A model generated the notes under the pieces. It saw only the letters and a list, made by a program, of their open reading frames with translations. It made no database searches and had not been told where the DNA came from. Positions 63,965-64,000 of a stretch of DNA of 64,000 nt are shown here, one piece after another (the first letter of the stretch is position 1; each line of letters starts with the position of its first letter). Location: positions 124,001-188,000 of IMG/VR virus record IMGVR_UViG_3300046787_000408; one strand, given 5' to 3'. Position numbers and translations under genes: made by a program.

Positions 63965-64000
63965 TTTGAGCAAAAAGAATCAAAATTCTAGCAAAAAGTG

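Noticed and set aside
1-64000. Alternative genetic code (TAG/TGA recoding)
   Set aside because: Conserved genes (nrdA, nrdB, glyA, clpX, metK, ligase) are full length in code 11, and short ORFs have their own SD or ATGA junctions rather than reading as fragments of one frame.
1-64000. Bacterial chromosome or prophage origin
   Set aside because: Host-like genes are isolated from their usual operons and interspersed with PAAR, tail fibre and many small phage ORFs; no integrase, att site or rRNA is present.

Overview
This window is a 64-kb internal segment of a large lytic myophage genome in genetic code 11. It is gene-dense, almost entirely + strand, and has no integrase, capsid, terminase, tRNA or CRISPR array. 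Phage origin is supported by a PAAR spike gene, an Mtd-N/beta-helix tail fibre, class Ia nrdA/nrdB, an ATP-dependent ligase, 20 near-consensus sigma70 promoters (all with a 17-bp spacer), many TAAATA late-promoter-like motifs, and dozens of small ATGA-coupled ORFs. A freshwater Betaproteobacterial host is plausible but is inference only. The auxiliary gene load is heavy: iscU, iscA, five radical-SAM enzymes (two B12-binding type), metK, glyA, dadA, clpX, two ClpP paralogues, clpS, Hsp20, ribosomal protein bS21, uvsE, a UDP-sugar dehydrogenase and an amidinotransferase. The best leads are: (1) a putative PHA-granule module, with a phasin-like gene and a divergent AKP-rich gene around a perfect PhaR-like palindrome touching a late-promoter motif; (2) two ROSE-like RNA-thermometer leaders of the same architecture; (3) a tandem array of small paralogues whose conserved C-terminal LRW[S/T/A]-stop codons spell the Shine-Dalgarno and start of the next gene; (4) a promoter-driven, structured ~170-nt ncRNA candidate; (5) repeated operator-promoter-RBS cassettes; (6) an unannotated ArfA-like micro-ORF; (7) a ParB(DGQHT)+HNH gene pair. 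All family assignments come from motif recognition by eye; no database searches were run. Start codons were re-chosen by hand where the ORF track used an upstream alternative start.
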